A stretch of DNA of 41,916 nt, taken from the UHGV virus genome UHGV-0326656. One strand, written 5' to 3'. Shown here piece after piece: positions 26,271 to 35,079 of this stretch. A program made the position numbers and the translations under genes. The notes beneath the pieces are model-generated. The model saw nothing but the letters and a program-made list of their open reading frames with translations. It ran no database searches and was not told the DNA's origin. This DNA comes from a virus. Position 1 is the first letter of the stretch; each line of letters opens with the position of its first letter.

Positions 26271-26898
26271 TGTACCGCTGAGTCTGAAATCTGTCAGTGA
26301 CTCCGGTGAGTTTGAAGGGTATGGCTCCGTCTTTGGTGTAAAGGACAGCCACGATGATGTGGTGATGTCAGGGGCATTTGCCGCTTCCCTGCGGGCGTGG
26401 AGTGACAGAAAAGCGTTACCTGCGCTGCTCTGGCAGCACCGCATGGATGAACCCATCGGTGTTTACACCGAAATGAAGGAAGACGATGTCGGGCTTTACG
26501 TCAGGGGACGGTTGCTTATTGATGATGATCCCCTCGCAAAACGCGCACATGCACACATGAAGGCCGGTTCGTTAACCGGCCTTTCTATTGGGTACGTCCT
26601 GAAAGACTGGGAATACGACCGGACGAAAGAAGCCTTTCTGCTGAAAGAAATCGACCTCTGGGAAGTCAGTCTGGTGACGTTCCCGTCTAACGACGAGGCG
26701 CGGATCAGCGACGTCAAGAACGCGCTGGCCCGCGGGGAAATCCCCGAACAGAAAAAAATCGAAAGAGTCCTGCGTGATGTCGGACTCTCCCGTACCCAGG
26801 CCAAAGCATTCATGGCCGGGGGCTATGGCGCACTGTCCCTGCGCGACGCTGAGGATGTGAGCTCTGCACTGAATGCACTGAAAAATCTGAACTTCTAA
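26248..26898 (+). CDS. prohead maturation protease (HK97 family)
   Basis: ...FEGYGSVFGVKDSHDDVVMSGAF... protease fold sequence; AAGGA ribosome-binding site before the ATG at 26248. Confidence 0.8.
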   Translation: MQTKQRLDVPLSLKSVSDSGEFEGYGSVFGVKDSHDDVVMSGAFAASLRAWSDRKALPALLWQHRMDEPIGVYTEMKEDDVGLYVRGRLLIDDDPLAKRAHAHMKAGSLTGLSIGYVLKDWEYDRTKEAFLLKEIDLWEVSLVTFPSNDEARISDVKNALARGEIPEQKKIERVLRDVGLSRTQAKAFMAGGYGALSLRDAEDVSSALNALKNLNF

Positions 26899-26912
26899 TC
26901 AGGAGAAATACG

Positions 26913-28118
26913 ATGGCGGTAGATATTAAAGATGTCGAACAGGTCGCGCAGGAGCTGCAGCAGAAGTTTGACGACTTCAAAGCAAAGAACGACAAGCGCG
27001 TGGATGCGATTGAGCAGGAAAAAGGCAAGCTTGCCGGGCAGGTGGAAACCCTGAACGGGAAACTCAGCGAGCTGGAAAACCTCAAAAGCGATCTTGAAAA
27101 AGAGCTGCTTGAGCTGAAACGTCCGGCAGGTGGTGCGCAAAATAAACTGGCCACCGAGCATAAAGAAGCGTTTGTGGGCTTCCTGCGTAAAGGCCGTGAA
27201 GATGGTCTGCGCGATCTGGAGCGCAAGGCATTACAGGTGGGCACCGATGAAGACGGCGGCTATGCCGTGCCGGAAGCACTGGATCGCAACATTCTCACCC
27301 TGCTGAAAGATGAAGTGGTGATGCGCCAGGAAGCCACGGTGATCACCGTTGGTGGTTCCGACTACAAAAAACTGGTGAATCTGGGCGGCACGGCTTCCGG
27401 ATGGGTTGGCGAGACTGACGCGCGCTCCCAGACTGCCACCTCAAAACTGGGCCTGATTGAACCTTTCATGGGGGAAATCTACGGTAACCCGCAGGCCACC
27501 CAGAAAATGCTGGATGATGCCTTTTTCAACGTGGAAGCATGGATCAACAGCGAGCTGGCAACCGAATTTGCCGAACAGGAAGAAATTGCCTTTACCACCG
27601 GCGATGGTACCAAGAAGCCGAAAGGGTTCCTGGCGTATGAATCCACGGATGAAACCGATAAGGTCCGGGCGTTCGGCAAACTTCAGCATATTGTATCCGG
27701 CGACGCGACGGCGGTGACCGCAGACGCCATTATCAAACTGATTTACACGCTGCGTAAGGCACACCGCACCGGCGCGAAGTTCATGATGAACAACAATAGC
27801 CTGTTTGCCATCCGTCTGCTGAAAGACAGCGAGGGTAACTATCTGTGGCGTCCGGGGCTGGAGCTGGGGCAGCCGTCCTCTCTGGCGGGTTACGGTATCG
27901 CTGAAAACGAACAGATGCCGGATATCGCCGCTGATGCGAAAGCCATTGCATTTGGTAACTTCAAACGGGGTTACACCATCGTTGACCGTATCGGCACCCG
28001 CATTCTGCGTGACCCGTACACCAATAAACCGTTTGTCGGTTTTTATACCACCAAACGCACCGGCGGCATGCTGGTCGATTCGCAGGCCATCAAACTGCTG
28101 AAGATTGCAGTGGCGTAA
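26913..28118 (+). CDS. major capsid protein (HK97 fold, with N-terminal coiled-coil delta domain)
   Basis: 401 aa; N-terminal coiled-coil about 100 aa then capsid core; AGGAG ribosome-binding site. Confidence 0.9.
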   Translation: MAVDIKDVEQVAQELQQKFDDFKAKNDKRVDAIEQEKGKLAGQVETLNGKLSELENLKSDLEKELLELKRPAGGAQNKLATEHKEAFVGFLRKGREDGLRDLERKALQVGTDEDGGYAVPEALDRNILTLLKDEVVMRQEATVITVGGSDYKKLVNLGGTASGWVGETDARSQTATSKLGLIEPFMGEIYGNPQATQKMLDDAFFNVEAWINSELATEFAEQEEIAFTTGDGTKKPKGFLAYESTDETDKVRAFGKLQHIVSGDATAVTADAIIKLIYTLRKAHRTGAKFMMNNNSLFAIRLLKDSEGNYLWRPGLELGQPSSLAGYGIAENEQMPDIAADAKAIAFGNFKRGYTIVDRIGTRILRDPYTNKPFVGFYTTKRTGGMLVDSQAIKLLKIAVA

Positions 28119-28124
28119 TCACTC

Positions 28125-28146
28125 AGGGGCGCGGAACCGCGCCCCT
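28125..28146 (+). terminator. GC hairpin after the capsid gene (weak U-tract)
   Basis: AGGGGCGCG-GAAC-CGCGCCCCT; only a short T-run follows. Confidence 0.35.
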
Positions 28147-28166
28147 GTTCTGACGGGTGAAGAATC

Positions 28167-28367
28167 ATGATCCTGAAACAAGATCTGAAATGGTCACCGG
28201 ACGGTATGCGTGTTGAGGTCATTCGGGCCGGTGAGTATGACGACGGGGCGCTTCATGCCCGGGTGCAGGAGATTGCACTTCAGGCCGGGTTAGCAGAGCG
28301 CGGAACCAGTGCAAAAAGCAGTAAAGCGACAAAAGAGAAAAAAGCCACGACCAGTAAAGAGGGCTGA
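28167..28367 (+). CDS. small phage protein, 66 aa
   Basis: ORF in the head module, Lys-rich C-terminus. Confidence 0.5.
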   Translation: MILKQDLKWSPDGMRVEVIRAGEYDDGALHARVQEIALQAGLAERGTSAKSSKATKEKKATTSKEG

Positions 28368-28369
28368 GT

Positions 28370-28693
28370 ATGCTTCTGACAATGGAAGAGATTAAAGCCC
28401 AACTCCGGCTGGATGAGGATTTCGATACTGATGACCGCCATCTGCAACTGCTGGCCTGTGCGGCACAAAAGCGGACGGAAACGTATCTGAACCGGACGCT
28501 CTATGCACCGGATGAAACCATTCCGGACAACGATCCGGACGGTCTGCACCTGCCGGATGATATTCGTCTGGGGATGCTGATGCTTATCAGCCATTTTTAC
28601 GAAAACCGCTCGTCGGTTACGGAAGTGGAGAAACTCGACATGCCGCAGAGTTTTGGCTGGCTTGTTGGCCCGTACAGGTACTTTCCGCAATGA
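28370..28693 (+). CDS. head-tail connector protein (gp6-like)
   Basis: 107 aa, MLLTMEEIKAQLRLDEDFDTDD... typical connector N-terminus. Confidence 0.7.
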   Translation: MLLTMEEIKAQLRLDEDFDTDDRHLQLLACAAQKRTETYLNRTLYAPDETIPDNDPDGLHLPDDIRLGMLMLISHFYENRSSVTEVEKLDMPQSFGWLVGPYRYFPQ

Positions 28694-29100
28694 AAATTCG
28701 TCAGGCGCAGACCAGCGCAACCTACATTCTGCCGGACCCCGGCGAACTGAATAAACGCGTCCTGATTCGCCAGCGGGTGGATATGCCCGCGGATAACTTT
28801 GGCGTGGAGCCTCAATACCCGGTTACGTTCCGGACATGGGCGAAGGTTATCCAGACCAGTGCCACCACCTGGCAGGAAACCGCGCAGACCGGGGACGCCA
28901 TCACCCATTACATCACCATTCGTTACCGCCGGGGGATCACCGCTGATTATGAGGTGGTCTGCGGTGACAGTGTGTACCGGGTGAAACGTCAGCGCGATCT
29001 GAACGGGGCGCGGCGCTTTCTGCTGCTGGAGTGTACGGAGCTGGGCGAATGTAGGCAGAGTCACGGAGGCAACAATGACGACTTCCTTTTTGCACGTTGA
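28690..29100 (+). CDS. head closure / head-tail adaptor protein
   Basis: Position and size in the head-tail joining cluster. Confidence 0.6.
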   Translation: MKIRQAQTSATYILPDPGELNKRVLIRQRVDMPADNFGVEPQYPVTFRTWAKVIQTSATTWQETAQTGDAITHYITIRYRRGITADYEVVCGDSVYRVKRQRDLNGARRFLLLECTELGECRQSHGGNNDDFLFAR

Positions 29101-29581
29101 TTTTCAGCAGCCCGCGGAGATGCGCTTTAACCGCGCCCGTGTCCGGCGGGCGTTTGTCACGATTGGTCAGCGTCATATGCGTGATGCCCGTCGGCTGGTG
29201 ATGCGCCGTGCGCGGTCGGCAGCGGGTGAAAACCCCGGTTATCAGACCGGACGCCTGGCTCGTTCGATTGGTTACATGGTACCCAGAGCCAGTAAACATC
29301 GCCCTGGTTTTATGGCACGTATAGCCCCTAACCAGCGTAATGGAGAGGGAAACCGTCGTATCACCGGTGATTTTTATCCGGCTTTTTTGTTCTATGGCGT
29401 GAGGCGAGGGGCAAAGCGTCGTCGCAGCCATCATCGTGGTGCATCCGGTGGCAGCGGCTGGCGACTGGCTCCACGTAATAACTTCATGGTGGAAACGCTT
29501 GAAAAGAACCGCAGCTGGACACGCTATTTTCTGGCGCGGGAATTGCGTAAATCACTGAAGCCGGAGAGACGACACAGATGA
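29075..29581 (+). CDS. virion morphogenesis protein, Arg-rich (tentative)
   Basis: 168-aa ORF with GGAGG ribosome-binding site. Confidence 0.5.
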   Translation: MTTSFLHVDFQQPAEMRFNRARVRRAFVTIGQRHMRDARRLVMRRARSAAGENPGYQTGRLARSIGYMVPRASKHRPGFMARIAPNQRNGEGNRRITGDFYPAFLFYGVRRGAKRRRSHHRGASGGSGWRLAPRNNFMVETLEKNRSWTRYFLARELRKSLKPERRHR

Positions 29582-30138
29582 AACTGACGCCTGTTATTGC
29601 TGCACTGCGTGCCCGCTGTCCGTATTTTGAAAACCGGGTTGCAGGCGCGGCACAGTTCAAAAATCTGCCGGAGGTCGGAAAGCTGAGACTCCCGGCGGCG
29701 TATGTGGTACCGGGTGATGACTCTCCGGGAGAAAACAAAAGCCAGACCGACTACTGGCAGGAGCTGAAAGAGGGCTTCTCCGTGGTTGTCATACTGAGTA
29801 ACGGGCGTGATGAGCGCGGTCAGTTTGCCTCGTATGATGTGGTGGACGATGTCCGGCAGATGCTCTTTAAGGCCCTGCTGGGCTGGAACCCGGAAGCGTG
29901 CGGTAACCCGATTACCTATGACGGCGGCACGCTGCTGGATCTGAATCGTCATGAGCTGATTTATCAGTTCGATTTTTCGGTCATCAGCGAGCTGACTGAA
30001 GACGATACCCGCCAGCAGGATGATCTGAACAGTCTGGATGAACTGCAAACGCTGGCGATTGATGTTGATTATCTCGAGCCCGGTAACGGGCCTGACGGCG
30101 ATATCGAACATCACATCGAAATAACCCTTCCTTCCTGA
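29578..30138 (+). CDS. tail completion / neck protein (tentative)
   Basis: 186-aa ORF immediately upstream of the sheath cluster. Confidence 0.5.
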   Translation: MKLTPVIAALRARCPYFENRVAGAAQFKNLPEVGKLRLPAAYVVPGDDSPGENKSQTDYWQELKEGFSVVVILSNGRDERGQFASYDVVDDVRQMLFKALLGWNPEACGNPITYDGGTLLDLNRHELIYQFDFSVISELTEDDTRQQDDLNSLDELQTLAIDVDYLEPGNGPDGDIEHHIEITLPS

Positions 30139-30146
30139 GGATCCTC

Positions 30147-30317
30147 ATGTTTGTCAAACCTGTTAAAGGGCGGTCAGTTCCTGACCCTGCCCGCGGCGAC
30201 CTTTTGCCCGCCGAAGGGCGAAATGTTGACGAGAACAACTACTGGCTGCGCCGTGAAGCAGCGGGTGATATCCGGCGCGTGAATAAAAAGGTGAACACCG
30301 ATGACGATAAGCTTTAA
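30147..30317 (+). CDS. small ORF, 56 aa, upstream of the tail sheath gene
   Basis: Not in the ORF track (under 60 aa); ATG with GAGG ribosome-binding site; MFVKPVKGRSVPDPARGDLLPAEGRNVDENNYWLRREAAGDIRRVNKKVNTDDDKL; overlaps sheath start. Confidence 0.45.
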   Translation: MFVKPVKGRSVPDPARGDLLPAEGRNVDENNYWLRREAAGDIRRVNKKVNTDDDKL

Positions 30318-31797
30318 CACCATTCCGTCGAATACGCTGGTTCCGCTGTTTTATGCGGAAATGGATAACCAGGCGGCGAATACTGCACAGGACAGCGGAG
30401 CATCGCTGCTGATTGGTCATGCCAATAACGGTGCAGAGATTGTTGCCAACAGTCTGGTACTGATGTCGTCGGCAGACTATGCACGCCAGATTTGTGGTGC
30501 GGGAAGTCAGCTGGCGCGTATGGTCGAGGCTTATCGCCAGACCGACCCGTTTGGCGAGCTGTATGTGATTGCCGTTCCTGAATCCACAGGCGCGGCGGCA
30601 ACGGTTACGCTGACGGTGACCGGGGCGGCAACCGAAACCGGCACGGTGAATGTCTATGTGGGACGTACCCGCGTGCAGGCTCCGGTGACCAACGGCGATA
30701 ACGTCACGACGATTGCCAGCAGTATCAAAGATGCCATCAATGCCGTTCCGGCCCTGCCGTTTACGGCTTCATCTTCGGCAGGCGTGGTCACACTGACCGC
30801 GCGTCATAAGGGGCTTTGCGGGAATGAAATTCCTGTCAGCCTCAATTACTACGGCTTTGGTGGGGGCGAAGTGCTGCCAGCGGGCGTACAGATTGCCGTG
30901 GCGACGGGTACCGCCGGAACGGGTGCTCCGGTTCTCACCGGCGCGGTGGCTGCAATGGCGGATGAGCCGTTTGATTATATCGGTCTGCCGTTCAACGACA
31001 CGGCCTCCGTTAACACGCTGGTGACCGAGATGAACGATACCAGCGGTCGCTGGAGCTATGCGCGTCAGCTGTATGGTCATGTGTATACGGCAAAGATCGG
31101 CACGCTGTCAGAACTGGTGACCGCAGGTGACCAGTTTAACCAGCAGCACATTACCCTGGCGGGGTACGAAAAAGAGACCCAGACGCCTGCCGACGAACTG
31201 GCGGCAAGCCGTACCGCCCGCGCAGCGGTGTTTATTCGCAACGATCCGGCACGTCCCACGCAGACCGGTGAGCTGGTGGGTATGCTGCCTGCGCCGAAGG
31301 GGAAACGGTTCACGATGACCGAACAACAGACCCTGCTGTCTCATGGCGTGGCAACGGCGTATGTCGAAAGCGGGGTACTGCGCATTCAGCGTGATGTCAC
31401 CACGTACAGGAAAAACGCTTACGGGGTTGCGGATAACAGCTACCTAGACAGTGAGACTCTGCATACCAGCGCGTATGTACTGCGCAAACTGAAATCCGTC
31501 ATTACCAGTAAGTACGGGCGTCACAAGCTTGCCAGTGACGGTACCCGCTTTGGTCCCGGTCAGGCGATTGTCACCCCGGCGGTGATCAAAGGGGAACTGC
31601 TGGCAACCTACCATCAGCTTGAGCGTGCGGGGATCGTGGAAAACTACGAACTGTTTAAGCAGTACCTGGTTGTGGAGCGTGATGCCAGCGATCCGAACCG
31701 CCTGAACACGCTGTTCCCGCCTGACTATGTTAACCAGTTGCGTGTCTTTGCCGTGGTTAACCAGTTCCGTCTTCAGTATTCAGAGGAGTCCGCATAA
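30301..31797 (+). CDS. contractile tail sheath protein (Mu L-like)
   Basis: 498 aa; position before tube and tape measure. Confidence 0.85.
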   Translation: MTISFNTIPSNTLVPLFYAEMDNQAANTAQDSGASLLIGHANNGAEIVANSLVLMSSADYARQICGAGSQLARMVEAYRQTDPFGELYVIAVPESTGAAATVTLTVTGAATETGTVNVYVGRTRVQAPVTNGDNVTTIASSIKDAINAVPALPFTASSSAGVVTLTARHKGLCGNEIPVSLNYYGFGGGEVLPAGVQIAVATGTAGTGAPVLTGAVAAMADEPFDYIGLPFNDTASVNTLVTEMNDTSGRWSYARQLYGHVYTAKIGTLSELVTAGDQFNQQHITLAGYEKETQTPADELAASRTARAAVFIRNDPARPTQTGELVGMLPAPKGKRFTMTEQQTLLSHGVATAYVESGVLRIQRDVTTYRKNAYGVADNSYLDSETLHTSAYVLRKLKSVITSKYGRHKLASDGTRFGPGQAIVTPAVIKGELLATYHQLERAGIVENYELFKQYLVVERDASDPNRLNTLFPPDYVNQLRVFAVVNQFRLQYSEESA

Positions 31798-32153
31798 TGG
31801 CCCGTATCGGGGGAACCTGTTATTTCAAAATTGACGGTCAGCAGCTATCGCTGACCGGCGGCATTGAGGTGCCCATGAACAGGACGGTCAATGATGACAT
31901 CATCGGCCTGGACGGTTCAGTGGACCGCAAGGAAACTCACCGTGCGCCTTATGTCAAAGGGACCTTCAAGGTGCCGAAGAATTTTCCGGTGAGCAAAATC
32001 ACTTCGTCTGATGAGATGACCATCACTGCCGAGCTGGCGAACGGTCAGGTCTATGTATTGTCGTCCGCCTGGCTGCACGGCGAAGCGAACCATAATGCCG
32101 AAGAAGGCACGGTTGATCTTGAGTTCCACGGTGAAGAAGGGGATTACCAGTAA
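31797..32153 (+). CDS. tail tube protein (Mu M-like)
   Basis: 118 aa following the sheath; GAGGAG ribosome-binding site. Confidence 0.8.
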   Translation: MARIGGTCYFKIDGQQLSLTGGIEVPMNRTVNDDIIGLDGSVDRKETHRAPYVKGTFKVPKNFPVSKITSSDEMTITAELANGQVYVLSSAWLHGEANHNAEEGTVDLEFHGEEGDYQ

Positions 32154-32422
32154 TGAAAGAGCTTGAGTTAAAGAAACCGATTATCGCTCATGGTGAGACA
32201 CTCTCCGTACTGGAGTTTGATGAACCCACCGGGAAGGATGTCCGCGAGCTGGGGTATCCCTACCAGATGAATCAGGATGAGTCCGTCAGACTTCTGGCGC
32301 ATGTGGTGTCGAAATACATTGTGCGGCTGGCGAAAGTGCCGCAAAGCTCTGTCGACCAGATGTCTCCGGCAGACCTGAATGCAGCGGCGTGGCTTGTGGC
32401 TGGTTTTTTCCTCCAGGCCTGA
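32153..32422 (+). CDS. tail assembly chaperone, short form
   Basis: 89-aa ORF directly upstream of the tape measure gene. Confidence 0.7.
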   Translation: MKELELKKPIIAHGETLSVLEFDEPTGKDVRELGYPYQMNQDESVRLLAHVVSKYIVRLAKVPQSSVDQMSPADLNAAAWLVAGFFLQA

Positions 32423-32571
32423 CGGCTGAATACCTCACTGATCGCTTCTTTGACTGCGCCAGCTACTGGCGCATTAATCCCTTAGAATTGCTGAATATGC
32501 CGATCAGTGAAATTCCCTTGCTGGTCAGTCAGGCAAACAGGATAGAGCAGGAGAAACGCACACATGGCTGA
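32153..32571 (+). CDS. tail assembly chaperone, long form made by programmed -1 frameshift at T_TTT_TTC (32404-32410)
   Basis: Slippery heptamer in the zero frame near the end of the short form; -1 frame stays open (FFPPGLTAEYLTDRFF...) to 32571, overlapping the tape measure start. Confidence 0.6.
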
Positions 32572-34396
32572 ATTTGAGCTTAAGGCGTTGATCACCGGTG
32601 TCGACAGGCTTTCTCCCGCGCTGTCGAAAATGCAAAAGAAAATCCGGGGATTTAAACGCCAGGCGGAAGAAGCGTCACAGGGTGGGCTGGCGCTTGGTGG
32701 CGGACTGGCAGCGGGTCTGACGCTTTCCCTGAAATCTTATGCCGATCAGGAAAACGCCGCCACCGGGCTGAAAGTCGCCATGATGGATGCGAACGGCGAG
32801 GTTGGAAAGAGCTTTCAGGACATCAATAAACTGGCTATTGGCCTGGGTAACCAGCTACCCGGTACAACGGCTGATTTCCAGAACATGATGCAGATGCTGG
32901 TGCGTCAGGGGATCCCGGCAGAAAACATTCTTGGTGGTGTGGGTAAAGCGACAGCTTATCTTGCGGTACAACTGAAAAAAACACCGGAAGCGGCTGCTGA
33001 GTTTGCTGCAAAGATGCAGGATGCTACCGGAACGGCGTCAGAAGACATGATGGGGCTGTTCGACACTATCCAGAAGGCGTTTTATCTGGGCGTTGACGAT
33101 ACCAACATGTTGTCCTTCTTCACTAAAACCAGTTCTGTTCTGAAGATGGTGAATAAGGACGGACTTCAGGCTGCACAGAGCCTTGCCCCTATCAGCGTCA
33201 TGATGGATCAGATGGGGATGAACGGGGAGTCGGCAGGTAATGCCCTGCGAAAAGTTATCCAGTCCGGATTAAGCGTTAAGAAAATCAGGGACGTCAATAA
33301 AGTCATGGCCCGCCAGAAACTCGGGGTACAGCTCGATTTTACTGACGGCAAAGGAAGTTTTGGCGGTCTTGATAACATGTTCAGGCAACTGGCAAAGCTG
33401 CGAAAACTGACCGACGTTAAGCGAACAGGTGTACTTAAGGCAATATTTGGTGATGATGCCGAAACCCTTCAGGTGGTCAATGCACTAATCGATAAAGGAA
33501 AGGATGGCTACGATCAGATCCAGCAGAAGATGAATAAACAGGCCAGCCTGAATAAACGTGTTCAGGCCCAGCTTGGTACGCTGTCCAACCTGTGGGAGGC
33601 AATGACGGGGACCGCAACTAACGGCCTTGCGGCTATTGGTGGCGCATTTTCTGGTGACGCCAAAAATATCACGCAATGGCTGGGGGAGTTAGGGGAAAAA
33701 TTCACGAAGTTTGCGGATGAAAATCCCCGGGTTATTCGCGGCGTCGTCGGGCTTGCTGCCGGTCTTGCGATTCTGAAACTGGGATTGATGGGCGTTGGCG
33801 GTGCCATCAGTATTGTCAGCAGGATCATGTCGATGACGCCGATTGGAATGATTGCGACGGCGATAGCCCTGGCTGCGGGATTAATTATCACTAACTGGGA
33901 TGTTGTCGGACCTTATTTCAAGAAGCTCTGGGAAACCATTGGTCCTTATTTTGAGGCTGGCTGGGAACTTCTGAAGAAGGTTTTTGCCTGGTCGCCGCTG
34001 GGGATGGTAATCAATAACTGGGGACCGGTTGTTAAGTGGTTTCAGGATATGTGGGACAAGCTGAAGCCAATTATTGAGTGGTTTACCGACAGTTCCGGTG
34101 ACACGGTCGATGCCATTAACTCTGCGCAGTGGGGCGCGGGTGCTTATGATGCTTATGGGACGGGAATACTGGCGCGGGGATACACACCTTATCAGGCGGT
34201 AGATCCGGCTCAGTCAAACAACGCCTCCGATGCCACAGGCTCGAATCCCTTCATGATTAATAAAGCTACCGCGCCAAAAGTTGATGGTGAGATCAAGGTA
34301 TCATTTATAAATATGCCACCAGATATGCGGGTTACGGAAACACGCTCCAGTGGCATTGATATAAATCACGATGTTGGCTATACCCGATTTTGGTAG
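32564..34396 (+). CDS. tail tape measure protein
   Basis: 610 aa, Ala/Gly-rich with hydrophobic stretches (...GLAAGLAILKLGLMGVGGAISIV..., ...MTPIGMIATAIALAAGLIITNW...); follows the chaperone pair. Confidence 0.85.
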   Translation: MAEFELKALITGVDRLSPALSKMQKKIRGFKRQAEEASQGGLALGGGLAAGLTLSLKSYADQENAATGLKVAMMDANGEVGKSFQDINKLAIGLGNQLPGTTADFQNMMQMLVRQGIPAENILGGVGKATAYLAVQLKKTPEAAAEFAAKMQDATGTASEDMMGLFDTIQKAFYLGVDDTNMLSFFTKTSSVLKMVNKDGLQAAQSLAPISVMMDQMGMNGESAGNALRKVIQSGLSVKKIRDVNKVMARQKLGVQLDFTDGKGSFGGLDNMFRQLAKLRKLTDVKRTGVLKAIFGDDAETLQVVNALIDKGKDGYDQIQQKMNKQASLNKRVQAQLGTLSNLWEAMTGTATNGLAAIGGAFSGDAKNITQWLGELGEKFTKFADENPRVIRGVVGLAAGLAILKLGLMGVGGAISIVSRIMSMTPIGMIATAIALAAGLIITNWDVVGPYFKKLWETIGPYFEAGWELLKKVFAWSPLGMVINNWGPVVKWFQDMWDKLKPIIEWFTDSSGDTVDAINSAQWGAGAYDAYGTGILARGYTPYQAVDPAQSNNASDATGSNPFMINKATAPKVDGEIKVSFINMPPDMRVTETRSSGIDINHDVGYTRFW

Positions 34397-34424
34397 CCAG
34401 GATTCCCCTCACAGGTATTGCTGG

Positions 34425-34452
34425 TTGTAAGTCATAAATAGAGTGATAGAAT
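34425..34452 (+). promoter_or_regulatory. sigma70-like promoter for the tail-module moron
   Basis: TTGTAA, 16-bp spacer, TAGAAT; about 35 nt upstream of the 34488 start. Confidence 0.55.
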
Positions 34453-34487
34453 TAATGCACATTTAGAAAAATGTTAATAGGCGAAAA

Positions 34488-35018
34488 ATGAAAGGCTATA
34501 TCACAGCAAGTGTAATTCTTGGAGCAGCGGCTATTTTTTCATCTCTCATAATCTCTGGCAACATCTCCTTTAAAGATGAACATATTATTCAGTTATCTGG
34601 AGGAGCCATAAAACTTGGTGATGTTTATAAAGAAAATAAATTGATAAGTGCAAAGATTATTTTTCCAGATAATCAGGGTGAACAGATTCTTGTTGTCGAC
34701 GGCAATCCTGAAAACTTTAAGGAGGATTTTCAGGAGAAATTAAATAAAGTAATAAAAACTTTAAATGCGTCAAAGAAAAAAGATGAAGAGAAAGTTAGCC
34801 TGGATAATTTAAGTGTTATTGAAGAGTCTAAACTAGAGCTCGTTTCTGCGGTGCGTTACTCTGCTCAGTATGTTCCTATGTTTACTCTGACGCTGGACAA
34901 AAAAGAAATTACCATGCCTAAAAATACGGTAATATTTCCATTTGCCAGCGATGAAACAGCTAAGTATTTAAATGAACAACAGCAAAAGTATAAAGATTCG
35001 TTGTTTCTGACTCGCTAA
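34488..35018 (+). CDS. hypothetical membrane-anchored protein, 176 aa, AT-rich moron
   Basis: N-terminal signal/anchor (ITASVILGAAAIFSSLIISG); own promoter and terminator; interrupts the tail gene cluster. Confidence 0.65.
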   Translation: MKGYITASVILGAAAIFSSLIISGNISFKDEHIIQLSGGAIKLGDVYKENKLISAKIIFPDNQGEQILVVDGNPENFKEDFQEKLNKVIKTLNASKKKDEEKVSLDNLSVIEESKLELVSAVRYSAQYVPMFTLTLDKKEITMPKNTVIFPFASDETAKYLNEQQQKYKDSLFLTR

Positions 35019-35036
35019 TTAATAAAATTCATTACA

Positions 35037-35066
35037 AGGCCACCTTCTAATAGGTGGCTTTTTTAT
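35037..35066 (+). terminator. rho-independent terminator after the tail-module moron
   Basis: GCCACC-TTCTAATA-GGTGGC followed by TTTTTTATTTT. Confidence 0.8.
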
Positions 35067-35079
35067 TTTCGGAGTGTAT

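Noticed and set aside
25044-27244. Antisense ORFs inside portal, protease and capsid genes (25044..25619, 26052..26456, 26496..26813, 26810..27244)
   Set aside because: They lie entirely within well-supported sense-strand genes and have biased low-complexity translations; typical GC-rich antisense artefacts.
29524-30114. 196-aa minus-strand ORF overlapping the tail completion gene
   Set aside because: Antisense to a gene in a co-oriented late operon; no ribosome-binding site; composition artefact.
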